Under the pieces are notes generated by a model that saw nothing but the letters and a program-made list of their open reading frames with translations, searched no databases and had not been told where the DNA came from. From Armatimonadota bacterium (GTDB lineage: Bacteria; Armatimonadota; Fimbriimonadia; Fimbriimonadales; Fimbriimonadaceae): DNA of 64,000 nt. Numbering within the stretch: the first letter of the stretch is position 1; each line of letters opens with the position of its first letter. The stretch is taken from NCBI GenBank assembly GCA_031400935.1, contig JANNQV010000020.1, forward strand, positions 1 to 64,000, in the 5' to 3' direction. Positions 1 through 9,029 of this stretch are shown piece by piece. Made by a program: the position numbers and the translations under genes.

Positions 1-1
1 T

Positions 2-550
2 GGAACGTGGGCCAAGACTTTGTTTCTCAACGATTTGGCATATCCTACGGCACTTCATGCAGGCAGTCACGGGGGCCCAGGGTGGATTAACGACAATTTT
101 GGCGCATCCATCGTATCGGGTGACATTTATAATTCTCGAAATGCTGCCTTTAGTAATGGAGTGCCGCCAATGAACGTCGCACTGATTGATGCTTGTGAAA
201 CGGCCCAAGAGTCCATGTTTTTTGGAAATCTGCTACATCCTTTTCCTCCGATTGTTATTGACCGAGCGGCAGTTGGGTTTACAGTAAAGGTCAATTCTGC
301 TTGGTCTCCCGACTATGGCAGTGCATTTTGGGAAGCCTTGCAAGCTAAAATGACGGTCGGACAGGCTGCGCTTGCACTGAGAAGGAGTTACAACAAAAAA
401 GTTCTGGAAAGTAGTGACGAAGGATGGGCAGAACTGCAAGAAAGTCAGGTGCCAATCGTTGGCGATCCAAAGACCCGGCTTAAAGGCGTTTATACTGGCG
501 ATCAATCGCTATCACTAACTGACTGGTATTTGGAGATATTCACCAACTGA
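2..550 (+). CDS. 5'-truncated protein; C-terminal caspase-hemoglobinase-fold (CHAT/C25-like) putative cysteine peptidase domain
   Basis: Frame is open to the window edge; SHG and IDAC motifs are spaced like the His/Cys dyad of CHF peptidases. Confidence 0.5.
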   Translation, partial: GTWAKTLFLNDLAYPTALHAGSHGGPGWINDNFGASIVSGDIYNSRNAAFSNGVPPMNVALIDACETAQESMFFGNLLHPFPPIVIDRAAVGFTVKVNSAWSPDYGSAFWEALQAKMTVGQAALALRRSYNKKVLESSDEGWAELQESQVPIVGDPKTRLKGVYTGDQSLSLTDWYLEIFTN

Positions 551-567
551 TTGGTATTTGGAGATAT
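517..567 (+). repeat. 23-bp direct duplication (517-539 / 545-567, 1 mismatch)
   Basis: aactgactggtatttggagatat vs aactgattggtatttggagatat. Confidence 0.9.
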
Positions 568-571
568 AAAG

Positions 572-1444
572 ATGAACTTAATAACAATTACACTTGGCAC
601 ATTGGCATGCACACTTCAGGCCCAATATCGGATTGATTCTAACTCATTGCAGCCTCTGAGTTCTGAACGAACTGCAGCCCAAGTATTTCAGTCCGCAAGA
701 ACTATTCGCCAAAGTATTCAGGGAATTGATTCTGGCATTGCAATACTGCAACTTTACAATAAGAGGACACTTGGAAGAGAATGGGAAGCCCTTTGGTACG
801 ATCAGTTTCAAGTGAATCTTAGTGCAAGAACTGGGCGGATCACATGCATAACAGATTGGAAAAAGACTGACGAACTGCATTCTGGACGCCCAATGCCAAA
901 CTCATTTGCTATTGCAAATGAGCAACAGGCGACAGTCCGGCTACGGGAACTCCTCCAAATATCGGGATCGCCCGAAAACGTCGAACTTCGGAATCTGCGC
1001 TTGACCGACGAGCAGGGTAGGAAGTATGCAGTAGCCTCTGCAGGTGCTTTTGTTCGATTTCGGTCAAGACGACTTGTCGGGCCCTATTGCAGCGTTTCAA
1101 TTGACCGCTTCGATGGGAAACTGATTTCTCTCGATCAATTGTGGGATTACCATATTGAAACGGAAGAGCCCGTCTTGCAGGCAAATGCGGCAAGAACTCG
1201 CGCCGAACAGCTCTATTTTGCCAACCGTGTCGAATCAGACCGGTACCCTATGAACCCAGAAGTTCCCGAGCTTATCTATATTCGCCGTCAAGGGGGATAT
1301 GGATCGGTCGCAACGCCGCTTGAAGAGCCGATCGCCCAATTGAGGATTGTATTTTCCGTGAAGTTTGGCCCAGATCAAGTGTTCATTGACGCAGTTACTG
1401 GTCAGACCATGGGAGGAGTGGTGTCTAAAGAGAGGCCGCACTAG
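572..1444 (+). CDS. Secreted hypothetical protein with PepSY/YcdB-like segments
   Basis: Signal-peptide-like N-terminus; VNLSARTGRI, VSIDRFDGKL and VFIDAVTGQ repeats resemble PepSY; GGAGA upstream of ATG 572. Confidence 0.55.
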   Translation: MNLITITLGTLACTLQAQYRIDSNSLQPLSSERTAAQVFQSARTIRQSIQGIDSGIAILQLYNKRTLGREWEALWYDQFQVNLSARTGRITCITDWKKTDELHSGRPMPNSFAIANEQQATVRLRELLQISGSPENVELRNLRLTDEQGRKYAVASAGAFVRFRSRRLVGPYCSVSIDRFDGKLISLDQLWDYHIETEEPVLQANAARTRAEQLYFANRVESDRYPMNPEVPELIYIRRQGGYGSVATPLEEPIAQLRIVFSVKFGPDQVFIDAVTGQTMGGVVSKERPH

Positions 1445-1601
1445 AAATTCATCTTCATTTCTAATCCATTCTTGTCTTTCTACGGCCTAACAACTGCTCG
1501 CAAACGCCTTTCCTGCTACCGCCTGATTTTGCGGGGCACATCCCTTCAAATCCCTTCAGTTCATCGTACTATCCCTCCACAACGCACAACGAGCGAATGA
1601 A

Positions 1602-1641
1602 TGTGGAAAAATAAGTGCCTTTTCCACCCAATTGTGGAAAA
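1602..1641. promoter_or_regulatory. Cluster of DnaA-box-like 9-mers / inverted repeat
   Basis: TTTTCCACA on the minus strand at 1602-1610 and 1633-1641; TTTTCCACC on plus at 1620-1628; 1620-1641 forms an inverted repeat. Confidence 0.4.
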
Positions 1642-1735
1642 GAAATCGTTGCAACTGCCATGACAAGTGGCACAATGTTAATGCGTCGAATCTTCCAACC
1701 CGATTTGGCGTATCTACTCTTAGAGGCATCATCAA

Positions 1736-2290
1736 TTGGATATCTTAAGACTTCTTGAACAATTGGACGAAATGGTTTTGGAAAAGCCCATGCGCGTTTT
1801 GGGTGGAGTTTGGGGGCTTAACGAAGACGAAGTGAAAATGCAAATAGCCAAGATTAGGGCTTCCCTTCCAACTGAAATCAAGCAAGCGGTTGCTAAAGTC
1901 CGCGAATCTGAACGAATTGTTGAAGGGGCCAAGGAAGATGCCAGCCAGACAATCGAAACTGCCAAACGAGAAGGCGATCGAACTCTAGCCGAGGCTCGCA
2001 AGGAAGCTGAGCAGATTGTAGAAGCTGCTCGAGTTCAGCAACAGCGAATGGTCGCCGAGAACGAGATTCTCAAAATCGCCAAATCTCAAGCCGACGAAAT
2101 TCGAAATGCTGCCGATAAAGATGCGATTTCTATGAGGCGCGGTGCCGAAAAGTACGCTCACGACGTACTAACTAAGGTGGAAGATGTTGCTGGAAAGGTT
2201 CTGACTGCAGTTGAACGCGGGAAGCAAGACCTCGAACGACCCTTGCCCGAACATGCCATTGTAACTCCACGCGAACGAGTTAGGGTTTAG
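1736..2290 (+). CDS. Coiled-coil protein (DivIVA/ATP-synthase-b-like family often found after coaD)
   Basis: MDILRLLEQLDEM...IRASLPTEIKQA N-terminus followed by a long Ala/Glu/Lys coiled coil; TTG start with GAGG. Confidence 0.7.
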   Translation: MDILRLLEQLDEMVLEKPMRVLGGVWGLNEDEVKMQIAKIRASLPTEIKQAVAKVRESERIVEGAKEDASQTIETAKREGDRTLAEARKEAEQIVEAARVQQQRMVAENEILKIAKSQADEIRNAADKDAISMRRGAEKYAHDVLTKVEDVAGKVLTAVERGKQDLERPLPEHAIVTPRERVRV

Positions 2291-2329
2291 AATTCACTCC
2301 TCATTTCATCCCTTCTCCCTAAAACAACA

Positions 2330-2366
2330 AGGCCTTTTGCGAAAGCAGGAGGCCTAACTATTTGTT
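2330..2366 (+). terminator. Stem-loop, probable intrinsic terminator
   Basis: aggccttttgc-gaaa-gcaggaggcct followed by a short T-rich tract. Confidence 0.55.
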
Positions 2367-2517
2367 GGACGTCATTTCAATTCTGCACCTTCCTAGAAAC
2401 CTTGTTAAGGCAAATGAGCGATTCCAACCTTACAATCGCTAGGGAATTTACAAAGTTTCACGAAACCACCCGCAAGATTGCTTGAGTTCGTTCCGAAAAT
2501 CAAGATAGAGTCTATCC

Positions 2518-4221
2518 ATGAGTTTGGGTCACTGGAATCGAGTTGGAGTCGTTTTAGCGCCAGAGGATGCGTACGCGTCTTATTACGTCGAGGCATTGGA
2601 ATACGCTGGTATTCCGTACCAAGTTGTCGAAAGACTCGAGCATGCGACATTCCATGAATTTGACACGCTGCTCTTCTGCGGATACGGCAAAATTCCTAGC
2701 ACGCTAAAACCTGATCTGAACAGATGGCTGGCGGCGGGCAATTCGGCGGTGTTTTCGGGGAGCGCATGGGGATCTGAACACGCATTAGGGCTGAAACCGG
2801 CTGAGCATCATACTTCCATTGGGTGGGTTCAAAACGACATTCCGTCAAGATATTGGCCGGAAAATTGTGAAACGGCAAAATTTTTCGGCGGAACATCGCA
2901 TTTTTCTTCTGATTCAGAAGTATTGGCGACAACTTTGAACGGAGAAGCGGCCCTCACTTTAAAGCGAAGCGGTAAAGGAACCGCGTGGTTCTTTGGCCCG
3001 CACGTAGGGCAAACCATTTCCTTCATTCAATTTGGGCGCAGCGTCGAAACCGATGGAATTTCTGCTGTGGACGGTACAGCACGATTAGATGATGGAATTC
3101 ATCGAGCTGAAGACGGAATCACGCTCAATTTTGAAACAGATCGTATTACAGATCCTCGCTCACCAACGCCATTTTTTGCCCACGCTCATGCAGATCGGAT
3201 TCGGGAGATTTGGATTCGAACGGTTATTGCAGCCATGGAAACAACTGGAACGCCCTTTGTTCTGACCTGGCCTTGGCCGAATGGAGCTGACTCAGTCGCA
3301 ATGCTCACAATTGATTGCCCTCAGGCCGATCCCGATACATTTCGGACAGTTAGCCGAATCATTAGCAACATCGGAGGCAGACCTGCGTGGTTGATCGGCC
3401 ATCCAGGATTGCCATCTGACATGTATCGCAACATTAGAGGCGCCCTTCAAGAAGTGGGACTACTGTTAACAATAAACACAGACTCAGATTGGGACCCTGA
3501 AAAGGCAAAAATTCAGCACGTTTCTCTGACTCGATCCTCTTCCTTTCGTCATGTAGATGCGATAAGAGCCGAAAATGGCCGCTGGGAAGGATATATGCAG
3601 CCATACGACATGGCGACGCGATCTGGAGCAAGACTTTTTGTGAGTAAAGGGGGAAGGCAACCAGGCGCAACTGGATTTACCTTTGGCTCATGCATTCCAA
3701 CCGCGCCATGGAAGCGCGACGGAACCCGTTACGATTTGTTCGAATTGCCATATTTGGCATTTGTTCCTGGTTTTCCAGATGCAGCTGCCGAGGCAATACT
3801 CACCGAAGTACAGGCTCGAAATGGATGTTTTCACATGGCAGCGGAGTTGCGCGGAATCTGTGAACCTGGTGCGCAGTCTGCGTTGCACAGGCTCATTTTG
3901 ATCGCTAGACAGTCTGGATTGAAGTTCGTTCTTCCTTCTCAGGTGGCTCATCACCAAAAGCAACGAAGGCAACTAAGAATCGCGCCGTTCTTGTCAGGCG
4001 AAGTATCAGGATTCAACGCAACGACAACCAAGGATGTTGAAGGCATGAACTTCCTCATTGGCGGCGTTGCAGAACTCGAGCCAGCAGTTAACGGTAATCC
4101 TATTCGCGGTCGCGTCGTACAACGATTTGGGACGAACTTGTGGACGCTAACACTCGATTTTGAGAGCAAGCGAACTGTTGGGGTCGAAATCCGCGGGGAA
4201 TTGCTCAAGAATGCTGCCTAG
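2518..4221 (+). CDS. Hypothetical protein: GATase-like N-terminal domain plus degenerate polysaccharide-deacetylase-like domain
   Basis: WPWPNG...MLTID, EVGL, GFTFGSC.P and LFELP motifs resemble NodB-like proteins; metal ligands look altered. Confidence 0.5.
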   Translation: MSLGHWNRVGVVLAPEDAYASYYVEALEYAGIPYQVVERLEHATFHEFDTLLFCGYGKIPSTLKPDLNRWLAAGNSAVFSGSAWGSEHALGLKPAEHHTSIGWVQNDIPSRYWPENCETAKFFGGTSHFSSDSEVLATTLNGEAALTLKRSGKGTAWFFGPHVGQTISFIQFGRSVETDGISAVDGTARLDDGIHRAEDGITLNFETDRITDPRSPTPFFAHAHADRIREIWIRTVIAAMETTGTPFVLTWPWPNGADSVAMLTIDCPQADPDTFRTVSRIISNIGGRPAWLIGHPGLPSDMYRNIRGALQEVGLLLTINTDSDWDPEKAKIQHVSLTRSSSFRHVDAIRAENGRWEGYMQPYDMATRSGARLFVSKGGRQPGATGFTFGSCIPTAPWKRDGTRYDLFELPYLAFVPGFPDAAAEAILTEVQARNGCFHMAAELRGICEPGAQSALHRLILIARQSGLKFVLPSQVAHHQKQRRQLRIAPFLSGEVSGFNATTTKDVEGMNFLIGGVAELEPAVNGNPIRGRVVQRFGTNLWTLTLDFESKRTVGVEIRGELLKNAA

Positions 4222-4964
4222 CCAGGCCTTCTTGCCACGAACATAGCTTCAATCTCATCAAGCTTTATCGGACGCTTCCCCCATTCACCAGCCGTACCGC
4301 CCCACACGTGAAGTACTTCAAATCCAACATGGCGTAACAAAGCAACGATTTCGGGAGGAATAAAGAGCCGCTCCCGAATCACGATCTGCTGTTCGCCTTC
4401 TGGCAATCTCCAAGTGTCCTGATAATGTGACACCATCGAAGCAGGGTCAAATGCACCTGCTGCAACAGCGTCGTCGTTCATTTGGCGAATCGTCATATAC
4501 CCATTCAATGCAGTAAGTACAAACCAGCCTCCTGGCTTGAGATGCTCGAAAGCCGTTCGCAAAATCGCAAGGTCGTGTCCTATCGGGTCTTCGCCTGGGT
4601 TGACAAGCCCAAAACCGCCTTCGCAAAGGCAAACGACAAGATCGTATGATCGCCCATTTCGAAGAGTGCAAGCGTCTGATTCTACAAACTCCACTTCCAC
4701 ATTGGCTTCGATTGCGCCTGACTTCGCTTCGTTCAGCATTCCCGGTGAAATGTCCACTCCCGTAACCGAATACCCGCGATTTGCCAGTTCGATGGCGTGG
4801 CGACCAATACCGCAGCCCAAATCAAGAACGGAATTGCCCGACTTGAGGGAACAAATCTCTTCTAAGAAAGTGACTTCAGTTGAAGTCCACTTGGTGAAGA
4901 CGTTCTCCGAATATCTCGGCGCATGTCCATCAAAAAGCTCTTTCCAAGTCCGCTGGTCGGGCAT
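4218..4964 (-). CDS. Class I SAM-dependent methyltransferase
   Basis: VLDLGCGIGRH, TGVDIS, LKPGG motifs. Confidence 0.9.
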   Translation of the reverse strand: MPDQRTWKELFDGHAPRYSENVFTKWTSTEVTFLEEICSLKSGNSVLDLGCGIGRHAIELANRGYSVTGVDISPGMLNEAKSGAIEANVEVEFVESDACTLRNGRSYDLVVCLCEGGFGLVNPGEDPIGHDLAILRTAFEHLKPGGWFVLTALNGYMTIRQMNDDAVAAGAFDPASMVSHYQDTWRLPEGEQQIVIRERLFIPPEIVALLRHVGFEVLHVWGGTAGEWGKRPIKLDEIEAMFVARRPG

Positions 4965-5002
4965 GGGACAATTATGGTCGGTTTCAGGAGTGCGTCATAT
5001 CC

Positions 5003-5470
5003 TCAAAGCGTGGCGTTTCCCAACGAAGCCGCCCCAAAATTCACGCCAAACCTCTTGCACCAAATCGAAACTGACTTGTACTTTTCTGCCTTGAATTCTG
5101 CCGGCAATTCGTAATTCTGGTCACCGATATTTCCCTTTATCGAACCTAAATCAATCGTTTCGCTATCGTTCACGTCCTGCGTTCCCGAAACCATCTCTTT
5201 TGCAACAAGCACTACATGAACGTCTGGGCCGTTTGAGGTCTTAAAGTTGCTCAGGCGCAGAAAATGCTTACCATTTTCGCCTTTAACAACTTCTGCCATG
5301 CCCATCGTTTCGTGCGCGTCCGAGACAAAACTTCCCGATGAAATTTTCATAGCCAATGCAATTGCAGATTCACTTACGGTTCGATTTGTGAACAATGCGT
5401 CCGGCCGGAACAGGTAAAAGCCAATTCCAGCAACTGCTACAGCGACAACGATAATTAGTTTTTTCTTCAT
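5003..5470 (-). CDS. DM13 domain protein
   Basis: N-terminal anchor; NGPDVHV, LGSIKGNIGDQNY, SIWCKRFGVNFG motifs. Confidence 0.85.
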   Translation of the reverse strand: MKKKLIIVVAVAVAGIGFYLFRPDALFTNRTVSESAIALAMKISSGSFVSDAHETMGMAEVVKGENGKHFLRLSNFKTSNGPDVHVVLVAKEMVSGTQDVNDSETIDLGSIKGNIGDQNYELPAEFKAEKYKSVSIWCKRFGVNFGAASLGNATL

Positions 5471-5565
5471 TTTGCGATTCCCTCGAATTCGTTGTGAAAA
5501 GGCAAATTTCAGTTTCGAAGTTCCGCAACGTGCAAAAAAGTCCTGGGACGCTCTATGATGGAACT

Positions 5566-8037
5566 ATGCTTGCCGCCACTTTTTTCAGCCTTTTGTTTGC
5601 TTCAACTATTAACGATCAACGAGCCTTGTCAGAGATTTCGCCCAAAAATGGAATGGTGATTCGAGCCAGTTCTCGCATCAAATCAGGCTCGTTTCTACTT
5701 CCAAACAAAGACGTGAAGGGCGAAACTGGTGCAGTTTCGATCATTGGCAACAACATCACCGTTGATTTTCAAGGTGCCGAGATTTCAGGAACAGCAAAAA
5801 CGACTGAGCCAGACAAGCGAATCGGAACCGGGCTATTTGTCAAAGGCAGCAATATCACGATCAAAAATGCGAAAATTCGCGGATTCAAGCAAGGGATCGT
5901 GGGCCGCGATTCTAACCGCTTGAGGCTAATTGACTGCGACCTTTCCTACAATTGGAAACAGCATTTGCTGTCCACCGAAGAGAAGGAAGACGGCGCGGAT
6001 TGGATGAGCTATCATCACAACGAAAAAGATGAGTGGCTAGGATATGGAGGGGCAATCTACCTTCGAAATTGCGACAACTTTGAAGTCAAAGGATGCAATG
6101 CTAACGGAGGACAGAACGCTCTGATGATGACGAATTGCAACCATGGGCTCGTCTGGAATAACAATTTTTCGTTCAATTCTTCGCTCGGTATCGGCATGTA
6201 CCGCTCCTCGGAAAACAAGATCATGCACAACAAAGTGGATTGGTGTGTTCGCGGGTATAGCCACGGCGTTTACAATCGCGGCCAGGATTCCGCAGGAATC
6301 CTGATTTACGAGCAATCCAACAAGAATGTCTTTGCTTACAATTCTGTCACTCACGGCGGCGATGGATTCTTTCTTTGGGCGGGCCAAACCACAATGGACA
6401 ATGGCAAAGGCGGTTGCAATGACAACCTCCTCTATGGAAATGACTGGAGTCATGCGCCTACAAATGGAATCGAAGCTACTTTCAGTCGAAACACCTTTGC
6501 GAACAATCTAATCATGGAGTGCTGGCACGGCATTTGGGGCGGATACAGCTACGAAACGAAGGTGATCGGCAACTACTTTGCGTACAATGCTGAGGCAGTG
6601 GCTTGGGAGCATGGGCAAGACAATGCGTTCCTCGGAAACGTGTTTTTTCGAGACAACACCATCTTGAATATTTGGCAAAACGCATCTCAAGACCCAAATT
6701 GGGGCTACCCAAAGAACAGAGACACGAGAAGCCGAGATTACAGAGTCGAAGGAAATCTGTTTGCTGAAACACCGGGGTTCGCTTTTTCAGTGAGAGATAC
6801 GCTCAATTTCAAAGTTGGCTCAAATAATTACTTAGAACTCAAAGGACTTTTTGACCTGCAAGGGAATTTTACAGGGTTTGAAAGCCCCGAAATAGTTCAA
6901 CGTCGAACTGTTACGAAGAAGAATCCTCTTGATGGCACTATAACTACCGAGCAAGAAACGAGTAAAACCGGACCAATGACCGGAACTATCGGAAGGATTT
7001 TAAGTAGCGGGCTGGGAACGCTGCTACCAACCATCATGCAACCCAGCGGGAACCTGATTCTTCCTTATCCTGATGGCGAATTCGGATATTCAAACCGCTT
7101 TCGAACCAATTGGAACCCGATCAAAGATGGCATTGGGCAAAGAATTGCAATTGGAACAGAGCCTGCTGGCAGAAACCTGCCATCTGTCCCAAGGGACGCC
7201 TTGGCACTTGCGCCAAAGCCGTTGGAAGGCGGAATGGACCCATTCTTTCGCTCTGGGGATCGTAGGGGTAGGAAATACATTCTCATAGACGAGTGGGGAC
7301 CCTACGACTTTAAAAGACCCATCGTTGCTCGATGCAAGTTGAACAAGGAGAAGAGTTCGGCTGGCTCTCAGATTTTTGAAGGCGAAATCTGGGGACCTAA
7401 GGGCAAGTGGCAGGTTGTCAATTCGAAAGACTGCTCTGTTTCGCCGGATCATGGCGAAATGGGCAATAAGATAAGAATTACGAGCAGAGGTTCATCGGGC
7501 CAATATTCAGTGACTTTCGAATACCTCGGCGAGGCTTCAACAGATCATCGGGAGATCGTAACTCCCGCAGGCAAACCAGTTCGATTTTCATGGCAAAAAT
7601 TTGAAATCGGCATTGATTGGCATGTTCGCTGGTTCGCCTGGGAACGCGCTAAGTTCGACGACCCCAAAGCAAAGATGCCACAGTTTGAAGAAGTAGTTTC
7701 CGCAAGCGAATTATTGAAACCAATCGCAGAAACAACGGTCGCAAAACTCGACTTTGCAACAGGTGGGTCGCCGTTTGCAAAGGTGCCGGACAACCACTTT
7801 TTGACCCTTGCCGAGGGCGAACTAACAGTCCCGAAAGGGCAATATGAGATCGGGGTTACAAGTGATGACGGAATTCGTTTGTACCTAGATGGCAAGCTGA
7901 TTTTTGACGAATGGCATTGGCAAGGTCCAACTCGGTTCGCGAAAATTGTTCAGTTAAATGGCATGCATCGGCTCCGTGCCGAGCATTACGAAATTGACGG
8001 GTATACGGCTTTGAAGGTTGATGTGATTCCGAAGTAG
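5566..8037 (+). CDS. Secreted right-handed parallel beta-helix (NosD/pectin-lyase-like) protein with C-terminal PA14 domain
   Basis: Asn-rich beta-helix repeats; SDDGIRLYLDGK PA14 motif; start moved to ATG 5566 (signal peptide, -10 box 6 nt upstream). Confidence 0.8.
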   Translation: MLAATFFSLLFASTINDQRALSEISPKNGMVIRASSRIKSGSFLLPNKDVKGETGAVSIIGNNITVDFQGAEISGTAKTTEPDKRIGTGLFVKGSNITIKNAKIRGFKQGIVGRDSNRLRLIDCDLSYNWKQHLLSTEEKEDGADWMSYHHNEKDEWLGYGGAIYLRNCDNFEVKGCNANGGQNALMMTNCNHGLVWNNNFSFNSSLGIGMYRSSENKIMHNKVDWCVRGYSHGVYNRGQDSAGILIYEQSNKNVFAYNSVTHGGDGFFLWAGQTTMDNGKGGCNDNLLYGNDWSHAPTNGIEATFSRNTFANNLIMECWHGIWGGYSYETKVIGNYFAYNAEAVAWEHGQDNAFLGNVFFRDNTILNIWQNASQDPNWGYPKNRDTRSRDYRVEGNLFAETPGFAFSVRDTLNFKVGSNNYLELKGLFDLQGNFTGFESPEIVQRRTVTKKNPLDGTITTEQETSKTGPMTGTIGRILSSGLGTLLPTIMQPSGNLILPYPDGEFGYSNRFRTNWNPIKDGIGQRIAIGTEPAGRNLPSVPRDALALAPKPLEGGMDPFFRSGDRRGRKYILIDEWGPYDFKRPIVARCKLNKEKSSAGSQIFEGEIWGPKGKWQVVNSKDCSVSPDHGEMGNKIRITSRGSSGQYSVTFEYLGEASTDHREIVTPAGKPVRFSWQKFEIGIDWHVRWFAWERAKFDDPKAKMPQFEEVVSASELLKPIAETTVAKLDFATGGSPFAKVPDNHFLTLAEGELTVPKGQYEIGVTSDDGIRLYLDGKLIFDEWHWQGPTRFAKIVQLNGMHRLRAEHYEIDGYTALKVDVIPK

Positions 8038-8043
8038 GGGCAA

Positions 8044-8150
8044 ATGGTTAGCGGTCAGCAGTTAGCAGAAGCTCAATTTTCACAATCTACGATCTACCCA
8101 GCTCTCCGCTTTCAATACTCTGCGCTCAGCACTCCAAACTCAGCATTCTC
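8044..8150. repeat. Mosaic heptamer tandem repeats
   Basis: ggttagc/ggtcagc/agttagc; cacaatc/tacgatc; actccaa/actcagc-type units. Confidence 0.6.
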
Positions 8151-8167
8151 AGGCTTCACTAGTATCC

Positions 8168-8220
8168 AAAATAAAAGTGGCACCGGAGCGCTGGTTCCAG
8201 CCGCAAACGCTCGGTGCCAC
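8168..8220 (-). terminator. Intrinsic terminator of the PEP-CTERM gene
   Basis: gtggcacc(g)gagcg...cgctcggtgccac stem followed by TTTTATTTT on the minus strand. Confidence 0.7.
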
Positions 8221-8238
8221 TTATGGGGGAAAGTCGGA

Positions 8239-8904
8239 TTATTCTTTTCGTCGCCGACGAAGGATTGCGCCTGCGCCAATTAAAAGCGCACAGATGCTTG
8301 CAGGTTCAGGAACTGGAGTCACCATCGATTGACTTACGGGAACCTGATTACTGCCAAGTTCAGCTTTGAAATATGTGGCAGTTCCGCTTCCAATATCATT
8401 CAAATAGGCGCTTATGAGCGATTGCTGCTGCCCTGAAAATGATCCGCTTGAAGCTTTTGCTTGAAACGAACCGCCCGAAACGCTTAGTGCGCTTGAGGTT
8501 TCAGCGACGAGTTCCCAAAGAGTAACTTGCAACGCCATGCCTTTGTCTTTCTTCAAAGTTGAGTTCGTCTCACTGTTTATTTGCGGGAGATATTTGTTGA
8601 CAAGGTAGGCAACTTGTGATCCAACAGAGCCCATTGCGCTGGTCGTTAATTGTGTAGTGCAATAGGTGCTGGTTGCCATGGTGACAAATGGATCCACACA
8701 AAACATTCCAAAGATTTGGTCGTTGTTGACCTTCATGTTTAGAACCCCTCCAAACACGTTTTGAAATGTCGAACCGCTAGTTGTCGAAATCTGGACGTTG
8801 TTTCCGGCGCCAGGTGAAATGTATTTAAGGTCAATGCAATCGCTCTGAGCGTATGCAGAGCTAGTTAAAAACGCAAATGCTAGAATTGGTATGTAATGCT
8901 TCAT
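8239..8904 (-). CDS. PEP-CTERM sorting-domain surface protein with thioester-domain-like motifs
   Basis: Signal peptide from ATG 8904; C-terminal VPEP, TM helix and RRRRK; FCVD and LQVTLW motifs. Confidence 0.85.
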   Translation of the reverse strand: MKHYIPILAFAFLTSSAYAQSDCIDLKYISPGAGNNVQISTTSGSTFQNVFGGVLNMKVNNDQIFGMFCVDPFVTMATSTYCTTQLTTSAMGSVGSQVAYLVNKYLPQINSETNSTLKKDKGMALQVTLWELVAETSSALSVSGGSFQAKASSGSFSGQQQSLISAYLNDIGSGTATYFKAELGSNQVPVSQSMVTPVPEPASICALLIGAGAILRRRRKE

Positions 8905-9029
8905 GACTTGTCCGTTGCCTAAAGCTAGTGCAAAGGTTGTGCCATTGGGGCAATGCAAACAAAAATCCTGCCAAGGCTTGCAGGTCCGTAGGTTCAAAAA
9001 TGCTGATTCCGAAACGTCACTACCGCGCC

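Noticed and set aside
1445..1735. Replication origin
   Set aside because: Only three DnaA-box-like sites, no clear AT-rich unwinding element and no dnaA/dnaN/gidA context
4537..5094. 185-aa plus-strand ORF and similar long antisense ORFs (17689-18246, 36204-36914, 56850-57317)
   Set aside because: Antisense shadows of well-supported genes, with no recognisable motifs
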